Origin: Cladosporium halotolerans
Lineage: Eukaryota
Length of the DNA: 44,697 nt
NCBI RefSeq assembly: GCF_011745625.1
Contig: NW_027191518.1
Coordinates: forward strand, 1 to 44,697
Reading direction: 5' to 3'
Part shown: in pieces, positions 10,154 through 21,785 of the stretch
Layout: each line of letters opens with the position of its first letter
How positions within the stretch are numbered: position 1 is the stretch's first letter
Notes under the pieces: model-generated
What the model was told of the DNA's origin: nothing
Database searches by the model: none
The model's input: only the letters and a program-made list of their open reading frames with translations
Made by a program: the position numbers and the translations under genes

Positions 10154-12178
10154 ATGAATACAACCCCGCGAAAGCGAAACCTACCAATTAGACAACTTTT
10201 GGCCTGTACTTTCTGTCGAGAACGGAAAGTGAAGGTAAGGAGACCCGCATCCTCTCAAGGTGGCTACTAGTGAGTGCTGCTGATACAGTCCGCTAGTGCG
10301 ATCGAGTAAAGCCGTGTTCGGCATGTTGCGCGCGCGGTAATCCTAGCGCATGTCGTTTCGTCGTCATTGACGGTAGCGATTACAAGCCAATACAACAATC
10401 TATTGCGATTCGAGACCTTCGACGCGAAGTCAAAGAGCTCAAGGAACAGCTTCGTGACGCTCGCGAAACGCACTCGCCAAGTCCTACTGGTAATAACCAG
10501 AACATTTCAGAGGAAGGGATTCGTTCGCGTGCCGCAGGTAGCAAACGCCGCCGCTTGGTGGCAGGGCAGGCATCTGTACCTCTTTCTGGAGCTAGCACGG
10601 TCGCTGAAGTATATAACCCGCCCTCGAACAGTAAGATTCAACTGACGCTCTGCGCAGTCCGTGTCAACACCATTTTCCAGTGTGTCGCTAATAAATTATG
10701 GATTTAAAGACCTAGCGCAACTCACGGCATATCCTTTCCCTTCTTTGAATGTTGGAGACAATACCACTGCGGCGCTGACACGCTTGCTGCCAAAGGAACA
10801 AAAGATTTGCGAAAGTCTTGACCTATTTTACGACATAGCACAAAGCTTTGCGGTCTCACAGACGCCAGACAAAACGAGAAAGAAAGAGGTCAAGCGGTTC
10901 CTCTCCAACGTCGAGCATAATGCTACCAAGACACCAGACATGCTCGCACTACTTTTTGCGGTTTTGGCGCTTGTACACCACATGAGTTTGGCCGGAAGAA
11001 GACACCATCATACCAGTGATGAAATGAAAGCTTCATTTACCCTAGCTGACTGTTACAGTATGTCTTTCTTGGAATTCGCAACCTCTGTTATACTTGACTG
11101 ACGACATTAAAGTTGCGGCAAGCATGCAAGCTCTACGGAACGCCTCTTTCATGAACGAACCAACCCTTACCGGGATCAAGACGCTCCTCATCATTGGAGT
11201 GAGTCTCTCGGAGACCGGCCGGCTCCACGACGCTTGGGCATTGTTCGGTACGACAGTGCGACTAGCTTACTCCATTGAACTGCACGGCGACCCCGACATG
11301 CTCAGCCCTCAGCCTCTACAGAACGAAAAAGTAGCTCGCCGAAATGTTTGGTGGCTCATGCTGTACACGGATCAGTGCCTATCGAGCATGCTATGTAAGC
11401 CGTTAGGCATCTCCAGTATCGGCAATTGCCCCCGACCTATACTCCTCACAAGCGACTCTCTTGAGCTGAGGGCAGCTAGTACGGTACACGAATTTACACT
11501 CGTTGCCAGAGAGATATTAGGCTATGGAGGTACAATCACTTCCAGGGAGATCAACGTTTTTACGAACAAGTTGGGGGCTCTATGCAAGACGATGCCAGAG
11601 GCACTGCATTTCAACGTGAGCTGGCTACAGGCGGAGAAGTCGCTACCGGAGTGGCCACTGGACGTTATATCGGCAAGCATGTGAAATCTGCGGCATTTTG
11701 TGTCAAAATTTGATACTAACAGATTACAGGGATCTTTGCGGATATACAATTCCTCATCATTCTTCTCAACAGCCACCAACTTGCTGATCCTCCATGTTCT
11801 GGGGAGTCATCACCTACGCCCGGGGACAATGAAGCCTCCAGATACCCCACCAAAATTTCGTCTCCGCTCCCTGCTGGTCTGGTCAGCGGATCTTCCTTCG
11901 CGATCAACGGGTGCATTCACCTCTTACGGGCCTTCCTCTTTCTTTGGCGTCACAAGTCTGTCCTGCTCGTCAGTCACCCCCTTGAGTGGCAAGCCATGAC
12001 TGCTGTGATGATACTCCTCGCCGACGCCTGGAAGACCGGGAGCAAAGCGAACCTGGGCTTAATTGATAATGTAATTACTATTTTTGTTGAGATGCGACGT
12101 GACGGTGGAAGTCAAGCCGCCGATCTGGCCATCGGTCACATCTCCCACGCACGGACGCAGCTCAACAAACGTAGTTAA
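10154..12178 (+). CDS. Zn2Cys6 transcription factor with fungal-specific TF (middle homology) domain, multi-exon
   Basis: ACTFCRERKVK, intron 10235-10296, then CDRVKPCSACCARGNPSAC. WALFGTTVRLAYSIELH..RRNVWWLMLYTDQ..KP follows. Further introns near 10610-10657, 11058-11112 and 11675-11721 have approximate boundaries. Confidence 0.85.
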
Positions 12179-12767
12179 AACCTCCGGATTACGTGTTGCA
12201 ACGCCAGTCGGTGCTTTGGTTCAAGCGCTCGACTATGCTCGCGTTGATATCGTCTAGCAACTGCTTTGCGTTTCCACCCTGGACGCCTATGCTTACTTCG
12301 CTTTCAAAATCCATAGGATGCGTCCACCCCAACGGGCAGGAAAGCCCTCCTCCTCGGCTTGACCCAACCACTTGCTGAAGTGTGCGGGCTCTTCCGGGAC
12401 CGAGATCTTAGCCGGCACGTTGGGAGGTTGCATTTGCGACCTATCGCCCGAGTTGCAATCGTGTATATCATGCTATGCTCTTCCTGGCTTCACAGCATCT
12501 GCCTGCCAGACTAGCGGTCCAGCCTCAATTATCGTGGCAATGCATTATCCTACGCTACGCATTCGCTCCTGTTCGTTACCGTTTTCCTATATGCTGGATT
12601 CGCTATGTATTTAGACCGCGAAGATATATTTTTCGCCTCTAGAAAGATGTTATATGGGTCACGAAAAGCTTTCAAATCTAAGTATAACACTCCCCAGCAT
12701 TGCCGAGGGCTTCATCCTTGTCAGTGCCGCCCTGTAATCACCATGATGATATTCATAATGCCTGCGG

Positions 12768-15700
12768 CGCCGGCGGAAAGCCAGCGGAGGGGGTCCGCCG
12801 GCCCCCCGCCGCGACGCGTCCGCCGCGCACCCCCGGCTCTCACAACACTGTGAACATAGTCCCAGACACCCAACAGCTCATTGACACAGCAGCAGCAGCA
12901 ATCCTTGAAACCTTAGACACGCCCAACGGCTCGTCGTCGTCCATCCGGACATCCCTACTTCGCGCCTTCCTCCGCGAAGCCAAAGAAACGCTCACCACCC
13001 TACAACAGGAACCATTACCACACCCCACCACGAACGCAATCCTCCGAGAGGTCCATGCAGTGCACGAAGCCGTCAAAGGCCTAGCTACACTGCCAGCCTC
13101 GCCGCCCACGTCCCCTCGCCCAACATGGGCTCAAATCGCGACCGCGCTTGCGCCGACACCGTCGAGATCCCCTACCCCCCTAACTCAGGGCCCCGAACTC
13201 ACCATCCGCATTCCTGACCCTGAGTAAAGAAAGAACGCACAAAGCCTGCCAAAAGAGGGTATTATAAAGAAGGTACAACAAGAACGGCCCGATGGGAAAG
13301 AGGTGGTAGCTGTTAGGAAACTTCCGAGTGGAGACGTCCGCCTGTTCCTGGCCGGCGAGCGGACCAAAACAGCCCTACTGCAGGATAAATCTTGGACCAC
13401 CTACCTCGGAAAATCATGCAGCATAGCAGAGAGCGTCTACAAGGTTCTGGTGCATAGTGTTCGGGTGGACTCGATTGACCCGAAACGAGCAGAAGACGTC
13501 GCGAAGCTGCAAGAGGAGAACCAAGCGCTCCACAATGGCCTCCGGATTACGAGGCTCTCCTGGCTCAGTCGCGGACATGCCCCGAGTAAAACGCGTTCTT
13601 CCCTCATAGTGGGTGTTGCGACGGAGCAAATGGCCAACTGGATTATCCAACGCGGACTCGTCAGCAACTTTGCCCTTCACCTCGCTGAGTACTACAGCCC
13701 GGAGTCGAGACTGGTACGACGCTTCAAATGTCAAGCCTACGGGCACGTCGCGCCAGTCTGTCGCGGGACAGAAGCCTGCGGGCATTGTGCGGGAAAGCAT
13801 AACACGCAAGACTGCACTACAAAGACCCAGCTCAAGTGCGCCAACTGTGGAAAGAAACACGCCGCGTGGAATCACGAATGTAGCATTCGAAGAGCAGCCA
13901 AGCCAAAAGTATGCAAGCCAGATACACGGCGCCGGCCCGCCTTCCCCAACGGTCAGACGCGATTGTCAACGTTGAGGAGGAGAGTGGTTGGACCTTGATC
14001 GAGTCAAAGAAACGCAAGCTGTCACCAGCTGCGACTGATCGGAAACGAGCCGGACCAGGCCGTCCTCCAGCAGTCCAGACACCCAACGCTCGATCTCGAC
14101 GTACCCTATCGTTTGCGAATGTTTTCCAGCCTCAAACTAGGACATTCCAGCCTCAAACTAGGACATTCAGTAGCACTTCACAGGATGCAAGATCAGGTGC
14201 CCTTGTAGACAAACCAGCAGACACAGATATGGAGGACGATGCTTGATACAACGCGAACGCTCAACATCATACAGTACAACGTGAACAAAAGCAGAAACCG
14301 CGTGATGACGTCCATGTTCAAGCCTCTGAGTCCTGAGAAGCATCACATCCTGGCCGTGTAAGAGCCATGGCGCAACCCGCAGATGCCGACGACGAGTCGG
14401 GCCCCGAACTACCATTTGATCTACCCTTTGAGCAAAGAGACGCGAGTGCGCTTCTATGTCAGCAAAGCGGTCGACCATAACAAGTGGGAGACTACAGAAC
14501 ACTCGCCGGACCTTGTGACACTCACGATCCACATAGGCGGCAGAATGCTACACATCCACAATTGCTATAATCCCCCTCCAAAGCTCCTTACCAGCCGTAA
14601 TCTTGCCACCTTACAGCTACTCCCGCAAGCGCTTGAGCGACCAGGTGAACATCTACTGGTCGGAGACTTCAATTTACGTCACCCGTCATGGGGCAGGACG
14701 TTGCTGCCAACGCAACACACTTTGGCGGACGACCTGATTGAGGCTGTGGTACAAAGCAATATGGAGCTCATCCTGCCGCAAGGTACGGTCACGTGGAGAT
14801 CGAACAATAGCATGAGCACACTAGACCTATCCTTCGCTTCCCCAGGGATAGCAGAGCAGGTGTTGCAATGCCAGCCGTGTGAGGAACTAGATTCTGACTC
14901 CGACCATATACCGATCATCACATCGATCGAGACACCAATTCCACAGCAAGCGGAGCGTCCAGCGCAACCCCAATGGCGTAAGGCGGGCTGGGAGAAGGTG
15001 CGTGGGCACTTAAAGCACCGGCTAGGAAGGCTTAACCAGGACGACTTGCTCGATCCAGGCGAACGCGACAGACGACAAGCAAACGAACATGGAAGCCCTT
15101 GACAAGAAGGTGGTCCTACTGCAGACGATTTTCCAAGACACTATCCGCGACACGATCCCCCTAGTGAAACCTTCCCGCTGGATTCGTACAGGCTGGAGCG
15201 ACGAATGTACAGAAAGCGTCAAGCGGGCCCGACGAGCCCGGCGGACGTGGATGGCTCATGGCAGTCAGGAGGCCTAGGTCAGCTATCGCCAAGCGGTAAA
15301 CGAGAAGAAACGACAGATCAAACGAGAAAGCACGCTGGGCTGGCGCGAGACCGTCCCGGATATCATTCGTGACCCAGCGGAAATGTGGCGGCTGACGAAG
15401 TGGGCACGAACAACAGCCCAAGAGCCGCCGCCGCCACCTCAGTTCCCGGCGATGAAAGACAGAGACGGCAGGCTTCATGGCTCGAGTGAGGAGAAGGCGG
15501 ACGTCCTTGCGGACCACTTCTTCCCACCACCAGTGAACGCAGACCTAGCCGACCTTGCGGGTCACGTATACCCGCCCGAGCTCTCGATGAGCCAGGAAGT
15601 CACTGCAAACGAGATCCTAAGCATCATGAAGACCATCGCGCCAGACAAAGCTCCAAGGCCGGACAAAATACCCAATCGCTTCCTTCACGAGTGCAGAGAC

Positions 15701-17455
15701 GTCCTCGCCGAGCCTCTGTCCAAGCTGTTCCAAAGCTGCCTGTAAAAATCCTATCACCCAATGCCATTCCGCCACTCTAAAACAGTGGTACTGAGAAAAC
15801 CACAAAAGGCGGCATACGATGTAGCAAAAGCATACAGGCCTATAGCACTGCTCAACACGCTCGGGAAGGTGCTCGAGAAGATCGTTGCCCGGCGTATGTC
15901 AGCGTTGGCCGAGGAACACAACCTTCTGCCTACCACGCAGATGGGCGCACGGCCAGGACGCTCGACCGGAACAGCGCTGGAAATGTCACGGAGCAGATCC
16001 CGACGGTCTGGGCAAACGACCGCACATTGGTGACGAGTATGCTGAGTCTGGACATCTCCGGCGCGTTCGACAATGTCTCGCAGACAGACTGATCAACAAC
16101 ATCCGAGACGCGAGGCTGCCGCAGTGGGTGGCAGACTACATCCGGTCCTTTTTGACCGATCAAACGACGACTCTCATGCTGGGCACCTACGAGGACAGGG
16201 TCCGTCCGACCACGTCGGGCATCCCCCAGGGCTCGACCCTGTCACCGATACTCTTCCTCTTCTTCGCCTCTACTCTCTTCCCACAACTAAACGCCGGGGC
16301 AACGACCGCGATCGGTTTCGTGGATGACACCAACATTCTCACGTTCAGCAGATCCACTGAAGCGAACTGTCGAGTTTTGGAAAGAGCAAACGAAAAGTGT
16401 ATGGCCTGGGCACGCACACACGGTGCGACATTCGCGCCGGAGAAGTACCAGCTGATGCACTTCACCCGCCGCTCGACAAAGTTCAACATGCAGGCGACCG
16501 TACGGATACCCAAGTTCCAAGACGGTCCAGTGCCAGTGATGAGAATCCTCGGCATCCACCTAGACTCGAAGCTCAAATGGGGCCCCCACGTAAACCTGAC
16601 TGCAGCAAAGTCCGCATCGCACATGGCATCAATCACCCGGATGACCAAGAGCACGTTGGGAGCCACATTCACCAAGGCCAGACAGGTCTACGCTGCCGTG
16701 GTCCGTCCAGTACTTTCTTACGGATGCCCTGTATGGTATTCCCTTGGTGACGAACGAGCCAACCTTAACCGACTGATCTATCCATTGCAGACAGTGCAGA
16801 ACAAGTGCCTCAGAACCATTACAGGCGCATACAAAACGACGAATGTCCAAGTGCTAGAACACGAAGCCAGCATTCCACCTCTGGATTTCCACCTCGAAAT
16901 GCTGGCGATCAACCATGTCCAAAGAGCAGAAGATTCCACAGGCAATCGGGCTGTGGAAGAAGCCTGTAAGGCTATCGACCGACGGGCCCAGCGCCGCTTT
17001 CGAACCAAAGGCAACATCCTAGAAGACACATGGACCGATTTCGAACAAGGACTAAATTGATACAACGGCGATCATGCCTGGCGGGGCGTGATGGGGGCAA
17101 AACAGCTACGAAGACAGAGCTCGAGGAGACTTGGAGAGCCAGGTGGACCGAGTACCAGCAGCAAACGTGTGCGGTGGTGAATGACAGCAAACTTTTGGTT
17201 GCAGCGTGTGCGACATGGACTCGAGGATTGCGGACGAAGGAGAACCTCACAAGGCCGAAAGTACAGTTGCAACACTGCTACGAACCGAACACATGCAGGA
17301 ACGATTACCTGTTTCAACGGCGCGTGCCCGGATACTCAAAGCCAGACTGCGACTGCGGCTGGCCGCGACAGACACCGAAACTCATCATTCTGTTCTGTCC
17401 TGCACACACGACAGGTCTGGCATAGATGCTAAGGGAGGCGAAGACGACCGACTAG
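12768..17455 (+). mobile_element. Tad1-clade LINE copy B (ORF1 with zinc knuckles; ORF2 APE-RT-cysteine motif), degenerate, same family as copy A
   Basis: ORF1 VRKLPSGDV, CQAYGHVAPVC, CGHCAGKH, CANCGKKH. ORF2 IIQYNV, GDFNLRH, RT with FVDD. Many stops and frameshifts. Protein closely similar to copy A. Confidence 0.93.
14123..14168 (+). repeat. 21-bp in-frame tandem duplication (FQPQTRT twice) in LINE ORF1
   Basis: TTCCAGCCTCAAACTAGGACA occurs twice in tandem. Confidence 0.9.
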
Positions 17456-17459
17456 ACAT

Positions 17460-18177
17460 TAACCCAAAGACTTGCGATCGGCGTCATTATCGTATGTGAG
17501 GTAAGCAGTGAAGGAGAGGTGACGAGCCGCAAGAGCAACCAATAAGCACATCGAAAGCGCAAAGAAATCGACTGCTGCGCAATACCTACAGCTAAAGTCG
17601 AGCCACGCAGTCACGGGCGTCCATCTACTGAGGATCGGTAAGACCCCAGAGGCACACTTCCTGGCGGTGCGGCCGCAGCAGGCAGACGGTCGCCCATCTC
17701 ATGCTGAGGGTGTCGGAAGTGGCGAGGAGAACGAGACACAATGCTGCAGAGCCTGAGGGCAAAAAAGATCAAACTCGGTGGGATGCAAGACCAGACAGAC
17801 CCGGAGATCCTGTTCGAGCAAGCTGCCACTATAGAGGCACTCCAGTTCGTTGAGAGCACGCAGCCGGGCAAAAAGCCGACAGACGACACGAACAAGTATG
17901 ACTTTAAGGATTTTGAGCGGCTCGACCGAGATGATGGCGGAGGAACAATGGGGAATAAAGTGGGTGAGGTGGGACAAGAGGCGTAACGACGAGAAGAACG
18001 TAGGAGGGCTCGGTGTTCGAAAGCTGTGGCGGTTTGTTGAAGTCGGGACAGCGAGCAAGATTATGGGACCAAAAGACGAAAGCAAGAGCACAAAACAAAG
18101 CCAGAGAAGCCGTCTAGAAGTCGGTTAGTATTTCATAAGCTCAACAGCTTTAATAAATTATTATTCAAATACAAAAA
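17460..18177 (+). mobile_element. 3' end of a different LINE (family C): C-terminal cysteine/histidine region, 3' UTR and AT-rich tail
   Basis: Translates as AAQYLQLKSSHAVTGVHLLRIG..RCGRSRQTVAHLML..CRKW..LF..ALQFVESTQPG. Ends in taataaattattattcaaatacaaaa. Confidence 0.8.
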
Positions 18178-18624
18178 TGCCAGCATACAATGTGCCCAGA
18201 AGCTCACCCTCGGCTTAGCTAATGGCCAGCATGGACAGCTCCACCTGCCTCGTTCTAGGCGGGCCATCGCATCTAGCGACCTGCAGCACCCGTGTTTGCG
18301 GGGTCATGCTTGGCAATTCTTCACCCCTTGCGACGAAGCTCAGGAGCCTTCTCGGACATATGACACTCAAAATAAAGGAGCCTTTAGACTGGAGGCAGCC
18401 TGTCTCGGTCTTGTGGGCATCGCGAGCTTAATTGCATTATCCAAAATCAACGATTCCGGCTCACGCTGTTACAGGTGGGGCCCAGTCAAAACACAGAAGG
18501 TACGCGAGGCCTGAGCGAAAAGAACCTGTCTCTTCACCACCTGTGCGAAACCTATAGCAGTTGGGTTCAATGTGCTGATAGAAGAATAGGAAATTACAGC
18601 CAGTATCTCGTGAGTCCGGCCGAG

Positions 18625-19344
18625 ATGTCCGCAGCACGCGTTTGCGCGACTTGCAGCGCTGCAAATGTGCCGCTGCAGCAGTGTGCCCGTTGCAAGTCTG
18701 CTTCGTACTGCAACAAATCGTGCCAAAAAGCAAATTGGAAGGCTCATAAGCAGGCCTGTGCTCGCCACGCGCAAGACGGCCGTCAGCCGTCCATTGAAGC
18801 CAAGGCTCAGCAGCCATTCACGGCGGGCGAACAAGACAAGAAGCCGTTCACAGCCATTGACCGAAACGTCTTCCTGCACGACCGCACCGAGGAGAAGACT
18901 TACCAGCTCCTCATCGATACTCTACGCATGCGTCAGGAAGACGAGTACGCTCTCAATGGCGAGCTCATGAGCGGCACCATCTACAACCAAGAGCCGAGCT
19001 CCGAGAACGCGTTCCGAACCTTGATTCGCAAAGCGAAAGCCGTGCCTGGCCTCTTGCCACCGTGGTGGGATGAGAGGTCCACTGGCAAATGCCTGGATTA
19101 TGCCCGAGACTCCGCACAATTCTCGCTCGCTCACGCTCAAGAGAAGCACGACATCCAAGAAACGTGGGGCGACACCAAGATGCCTATGAAGCTACGCATG
19201 CTAGCGGAGCGGGTATACGGGAACACGCCTGGCGGTCACAGAAGTGATGCGATGCTGGGCATGATGATGGGGATTGAAGGTGACGATTCTGGCATGTCTT
19301 CCACTACCATCGACCTCGCTGCGCTTATGAGGAGCGCCTCTTGA
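18625..19344 (+). CDS. MYND zinc-finger domain protein
   Basis: CATC..CARCKSASYCNKSCQKANWKAHKQAC is a MYND finger. Intact intronless 239-aa ORF. Confidence 0.88.
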   Translation: MSAARVCATCSAANVPLQQCARCKSASYCNKSCQKANWKAHKQACARHAQDGRQPSIEAKAQQPFTAGEQDKKPFTAIDRNVFLHDRTEEKTYQLLIDTLRMRQEDEYALNGELMSGTIYNQEPSSENAFRTLIRKAKAVPGLLPPWWDERSTGKCLDYARDSAQFSLAHAQEKHDIQETWGDTKMPMKLRMLAERVYGNTPGGHRSDAMLGMMMGIEGDDSGMSSTTIDLAALMRSAS

Positions 19345-20257
19345 AGAGGTAGAGTTCACCATGTGACTGCTTAATGTTAAAGGAAGTGGCAACGTCATTC
19401 CCGGAGTAGAACCGACGTGACAGCCTTTGAAACGCGACACAAATTCTTAGCCTTGAGAATCATCTTCATTTTTATCATGGGATTTCATCAGTTCTGATTC
19501 TTGCGTCACCAATCATGAAATAGCACAGCACAGTTCAAGGTAGCGACGCGTCTTTTGAATCTAAGATACAAAATGCCGTATCGGCGTACAAATCAGGCAG
19601 ATATCCGGTCTGTCCCGCCTACTTCCGTCTGTCCCCGAGCTACACTATCTCACCGCGTTGCTGCGCGTGCACCATGATCGGAAGCCCACGAATTTGAGCA
19701 GATTCCCTCACACGCAGAAGAAGAGATTCAAGTACGATGGCTCTCGTGCCAGACCAGGACAGGATTTCCCGCTTCGCCTACTTTGACGGGTGATATGGCA
19801 GAAGAAATCCGGGAAGGCCGCTTTCATCTCTCGAGGTAGCGATCGTAAATTGGTGATAGGCCGTAGGGTCAGGTCTGGAATTCTGTCCCCAAGGACAGGA
19901 ATTTGCGCTGTCCCCAGGGACAAGACTTCCGCTCCTCCGACCTCCGGAGCTTAGGGTCTGTACGTTCCTTGGCCGGGGCTGAAGCTTACGCCAAGCCTCG
20001 ACTAACGTTACTCGCCTCTTCGCGACTCCAAGCAGAGACTGACAGGATCTCGTATTGGACGTAAGCTTTGCAGTTAAAGGGTTGGAAGCGATAGCAGGAA
20101 TTAATGTGGAGCTGGGTTGTTGGATGTACACGTATTGTACCGCGCAAAAAGAAAAATTTACTCGGTGCATCTGGGGCACAAGAGGTTATAAAGGTAGCCG
20201 GTCCTTCTCTGCTCGCGATCCAGTATCAGGCCAATCTGGCAAGGAAGAGAAACAAAG

Positions 20258-20800
20258 ATGTTCCCGCAGATTCTCTCTTCGAGCCTTGCGCTTCTCACAA
20301 GCCTCTCACTCATCTCTTCCGCTCAAGCCTGCACTGGCCATAAGTTCAGCCGCGACGCTTCAATGTCGACCAACGACTCATCCAGCAGTGCCTTCAACCT
20401 AGGAAACGACGATCCAGCCCCGCTTGCCACGCACGGGTTCACTCTTAACCATTTTGGCTTACTGGTTAACGGTATGGAAGCGATGAAATATTTTTATGGC
20501 GAGGTGCTTGGCATGCGTCTAATATTTTCTTATTAAGCATCGCCCGAATACGAAAATTGTTTACATGGGCTACAGCCATGGGGGCAAAAATGGGACTGGA
20601 TACCAGACAGGCTCAGAGCTCTTTGCCCAGAAGACAAACATTGAGGGTCTCCTCGAAATGACGCACTTCAAACGCAGTGAGGGAAACAGCTCTGCTGACG
20701 AAGTGGAGCCGAGCACCAAAATGGCGAATACGTTCTCTCACATCGGGCTTGTCGTGTATGTCATCTCCCTGCGTGACTCGCCTAACCCGGACTACATATG
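20258..20800 (+). pseudogene. Secreted VOC/glyoxalase (lactoylglutathione lyase-like) gene, disrupted and 3'-truncated
   Basis: Hydrophobic N-terminus, LNHFGLLV..MKYFYGEVLGMRL, TAA stop at 20534, frameshift, YMGYSHGGKNGTGYQT..EGLLE..FSHIGLVV. The second half of the gene is missing. Confidence 0.8.
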
Positions 20801-20809
20801 AGACTTGCC

Positions 20810-21746
20810 TTGTGTTGCATCCGTCTATTGTGGCTCTTGCGGCGCTGTAACACCATGTCTGCGACCATATACCTGTCCCCTAGTGCTCAGCCCGTCTCTT
20901 CTGCCGTGTCCCTCTACTCTCTGGGCGTATGGCAGTGCTTTAAAGTGATCCCACGTGTTGTTCTTGTCTCCCACTAGGATCTTTGACGTGGCAATGTGTT
21001 TGCGAGCGTCTTTCGTCGTTCACGGCAGCTTCGATGTCTCCATCGGCGTTCAGCGGTATGAGAACGATGCTCCACTCCTGCTGGGCTTCGAATTACTAGC
21101 ATGAGAGCTCTAGCGCGAATCTCCTCGGGCTTTGTCATGTGGTGAAGGGTGACTAATCCTTCACCAATGGTTCTGGGGGCGACAGTGGGCGAGGCTGTCT
21201 GTGTATCTGTAGTATTGTGTGGCACCGATGAGTAGCGTGCCGATGCCCGGTGTTCGATTCGCGTAGAGATGATCCCGTTCTGTTCGAAGGCCTGCCGGCG
21301 TGGGACGCCGCAGACGTTGGCAGGTGCTTTGATGGACCTGCTCCCGGTCCATCCGTGGCTGTGTATTGTGACTGTTGCTGAAAAGTGTCTGTGCTCAGTC
21401 GCCGCACCCGTACTGCTGGACTCTGACCGAGGCACTGTACTGCTGCTAAAGCCGAAAGACGTGTTGTTTCGTGGCTTGCTCTTGATGTTCTGCATGTGTT
21501 GTCCACTGCGTCGACGAGAGGTCCTCTGCAGATCCCGTGTCCACGGGGAGAGTCGCGCGGTGACCTGCACAGGGCATCAGGGTCTTATGTGGACGTGATT
21601 GCGGCCGCGTTACTTGGTGTTTCCTTGCTCTTTCGCACCCGCTGCGTGCTCCTTATCCAAGTTGTTGAGGTCTCCTGGCTCTGTCAACTGTTGCCAGTGA
21701 CAGGTTCGTAGCCGGCACCACGTACAGGTGGACCTCATCGCCGGCC
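20810..21746 (-). mobile_element. 5' fragment of a ribozyme-headed LINE-like element (family X, copy 1)
   Basis: Starts with an HDV-like fold. Patchy similarity to 29770-30340 over about 550 bp (GAGCAAGCCACGAA, CAACGTCTGCG, AACAGAACGG, CAGACAGCCTCG). No RT remains, so LINE identity is inferred. Confidence 0.6.
21667..21746 (-). ncRNA. HDV-like self-cleaving ribozyme (class I, copy 1)
   Basis: P1 GGCCGGC/GCCGGCU; P2 GAGGUC-C/G-A-GACCUC; P3 ACC/GGU; L3 UGUACGU; P1.1 GU/AC; P4 CUGUCA-CUG GCAA CAG-U-UGACAG; J4/2 GCCAG. Confidence 0.85.
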
Positions 21747-21785
21747 GTCACCAGTCGTACTACAGCCCTTAGATAGGTCATTACC

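Noticed and set aside
19594..19985. Cluster of CTGTCCC(C) repeats, possible MITE
   Set aside because: Matching termini and a target duplication could not be defined.
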